From: a bacterium
GTDB lineage: Bacteria; Caldisericota; Caldisericia; UBA6126
Length of the DNA: 64,000 bases
Direction of reading: 5' to 3'
Assembly: GCA_021372585.1 (NCBI GenBank)
Contig: JAJFUD010000029.1
Span: 16,362 to 80,361, forward strand
The position numbers and the translations under genes are program-made. How positions within the stretch are numbered: position 1 is the first letter of the stretch; each line of letters begins with the position of its first letter. The notes beneath the pieces were generated by a model. The model made no database searches and had not been told where the DNA came from. It saw only the letters and a list, made by a program, of their open reading frames with translations. This document shows positions 62,069 through 64,000 of this stretch, in pieces.

Positions 62069-63208
62069 ATGGCTAAACCAAAGATTAAAGTAGTTGGTAT
62101 AGGTGGAGGAGGTTCTAATGCGGTAAATCGCATGATTGAACAAGGATTAACCGATTTGACTTTTTTATCCAGAGGTAAGAAAGAAAATTACGAAGTGTTT
62201 ACCGAGATTAAAGAAGATATACAAGATTACTTGCAATATTTTTCAACCAATACAGACCTAATGGCTCTTGAGAAATCTATGGCACCCTGCAAATTGCAGC
62301 TAGGTCCTGCATTAACCAAGGGTCTTGGTGCCGGCGGAAAACCGGATATTGGTGAGAAAGCTGCTTTAGAGAGTGAAGAAGCGATTCGAAATGCTTTTGA
62401 AGATACTAATATGGTCATTATTGCTTGTGGAATGGGTGGAGGTACTGGTACAGGAGCGGCTCCGGTCATTGCAAAGATTGCAAAAAGCCTTGGTTTATTA
62501 ACGGTTGCTTTTGTTACCAAGCCATTTGATTTCGAGGGGAAACCAAGAAGAGCCAACGCTGAAGAGGGTATACGCAAGCTTCGCGAGAACGTGGATGCGT
62601 TAGTAATTATCAACAACCAACGATTATTAAATCCCAGGAATAAAGATTTTGAATTTGATCAAGCTTTTTTATTGGCTGATGACGCATTAAGACAAGGTAT
62701 TCAAGGGATTTGCGAGATAGTATACGAGTATGACACAGTCAATGCTGATTTCAACGATTTAATGACGATTCTGAGAGATTCGGGAGATGCTTACATGGGT
62801 ATCGGCATCGGTAAAGGGCAGAAACGTGCCTTAGATGCGGCCACAAAAGCTTTAAACAGCGATATTCTTGAATATTCCATTAAAGGTGCAAGAAGTCTGT
62901 TGATTAATGTCCGGGGTGGGAAAGGCTTCAAACTGGCGGAAGCGGAAGAAGCTATGCTCAATATTAAAAAAGTCATCCATCCTGACTGTAATGTCATTTG
63001 GGGAGCGGGAACGAATCCATTGATGGCGGATGAATTACAAATCACCTTGATCGCATCAGGATTTAATAAAACTCAAGAACCAACCGATCCAAATAAATCA
63101 GATGAGGGTGAACCGGTTTTTCGACGGGCAGGTGGATTAGTCATTCCGGATATTATCACCAGCATTGACGATAAAGAGCCATTTTTTAAACAGCTTGAAG
63201 AAGAATGA
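62069..63208 (+). CDS. ftsZ: Cell division protein FtsZ (with about 25-aa insertion)
   Basis: GGGGSNAVNRM, NTD, GLGAGG, GMGGGTGTG signature, T7 loop NADFND. Confidence 0.96.
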   Translation: MAKPKIKVVGIGGGGSNAVNRMIEQGLTDLTFLSRGKKENYEVFTEIKEDIQDYLQYFSTNTDLMALEKSMAPCKLQLGPALTKGLGAGGKPDIGEKAALESEEAIRNAFEDTNMVIIACGMGGGTGTGAAPVIAKIAKSLGLLTVAFVTKPFDFEGKPRRANAEEGIRKLRENVDALVIINNQRLLNPRNKDFEFDQAFLLADDALRQGIQGICEIVYEYDTVNADFNDLMTILRDSGDAYMGIGIGKGQKRALDAATKALNSDILEYSIKGARSLLINVRGGKGFKLAEAEEAMLNIKKVIHPDCNVIWGAGTNPLMADELQITLIASGFNKTQEPTDPNKSDEGEPVFRRAGGLVIPDIITSIDDKEPFFKQLEEE

Positions 63209-64000
63209 CCTCTAAAAAACAATTTCCCTGGTTGTATTACTTTATTAATGGTATTTTTATTGTAGTGGCGTTTATTATCTTTTTTAATTTTATGCCCAAA
63301 AACTGGTTTCAGAAGCAACAAGCGGTCTTCCATTCCGAGAGGGAAAGAGTAGAAGTCAAATTAGCCGCCAAAGGCTTTTTGGCAAAAGAGGAGATCCTCG
63401 TAACAGCCCCTGTTGATGGAAAAGTAAAGAGGCTTGCCATCGCCGGGGAATTGCAGGCAAAACTGAACGATATTGTGGAGATCACAAGTGCTGACGGCAC
63501 CGTTACGAAAGTGAAAAACCAAGAGGAAGGATTTGTGACTTATATCATTGATAATTGTGAGACTACCCATACCCTGGCAAATTTTACCAATAAAACATTA
63601 CTTCTTCCGGAGATATTGAATCCACCGGTTAAGAAAGAAAAAGTCAATGATGATCAGATTGTGAAAAAAGGTGAATTTCTTTTCAAGATCCTTAAGAATA
63701 CGACTATTAAGTACATTTTTTATATAGAATCTGATCCTTTTATGCAGATCCAAAAAGGGAAAGAGTATGTATTTGCTTTTTCGAAACCGACCAGTATCAT
63801 GGTTCCCGGTACCGTAGAAACGATTATCCCGGCAGAGGGGACTGCATTCTATGCGGTGTTTGATTCTTCTTTATATAATGACACCATGATTAATGACCGC
63901 TCTGCAGAAGGAAATTTTTATTTTGGTTTTGTTGATGGTTTCCGGATACCAACAGCCGCTATGGGCATCGAAGAGAATGAAAAAAAAGAAAAGAAGTATT
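63205..64000 (+). CDS. HlyD-like membrane-anchored adaptor protein (3'-truncated)
   Basis: Not in ORF track; ATG 63205 overlaps the ftsZ stop (ATGA) and the frame is open to the window end; TM helix, APVDGKV, GFVTYIIDNCE, GFRIPTAA. Confidence 0.7.
   Translation, partial: MTSKKQFPWLYYFINGIFIVVAFIIFFNFMPKNWFQKQQAVFHSERERVEVKLAAKGFLAKEEILVTAPVDGKVKRLAIAGELQAKLNDIVEITSADGTVTKVKNQEEGFVTYIIDNCETTHTLANFTNKTLLLPEILNPPVKKEKVNDDQIVKKGEFLFKILKNTTIKYIFYIESDPFMQIQKGKEYVFAFSKPTSIMVPGTVETIIPAEGTAFYAVFDSSLYNDTMINDRSAEGNFYFGFVDGFRIPTAAMGIEENEKKEKKY

Overview
Bacterial chromosomal window, mostly housekeeping and metabolic genes of an anaerobic fermenter. The copper-amine-oxidase-N (stalk) surface protein, S8 protease with dockerin-like tail, buk-ptb-buk and desulfoferrodoxin fit a Caldisericota-like lineage (inference only). 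Left to right: GDP-mannose/glycosyltransferase cluster (GT4 fusion cut by the window edge, cupin PMI, manC, manB); two broken genes joined back-to-back (TspO-like, rarD); an AT-rich patch with an orphan PAS histidine kinase and a RAYT/IS200-like HUH transposase flanked by matching palindromes; Fpg/Nei-like gene; glnS; DUF2157/GDYXXLXY; a lone BrxD-like ATPase coupled to a small protein; ispG; M16 and M24 peptidases; ABC transporter; dfx; S8 protease; a 62-bp GC-rich hairpin; MBL hydrolase; stalk and GerMN surface proteins; a tyrosine recombinase; groESL; NCS2 permease; gyrAB; glnA; lgt; AOS-family PLP enzyme; hutU; tyrS; NUDIX; GNAT; HtrA; a 610-aa unknown; buk-ptb-buk; tRNA-Arg(CCG); ftsQ-like; ftsZ; and a truncated HlyD-like gene. 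No CRISPR array or rRNA seen. Most notable: the palindrome-bounded RAYT unit and a distant REPIN-like hairpin, the minimal BrxD module, a symmetric bidirectional promoter that would give two leaderless mRNAs, a 25-aa insertion in FtsZ, an Fpg homologue lacking catalytic Pro2, and a probable ATA start for ispG. All family calls come from motif recognition by eye, not database searches.
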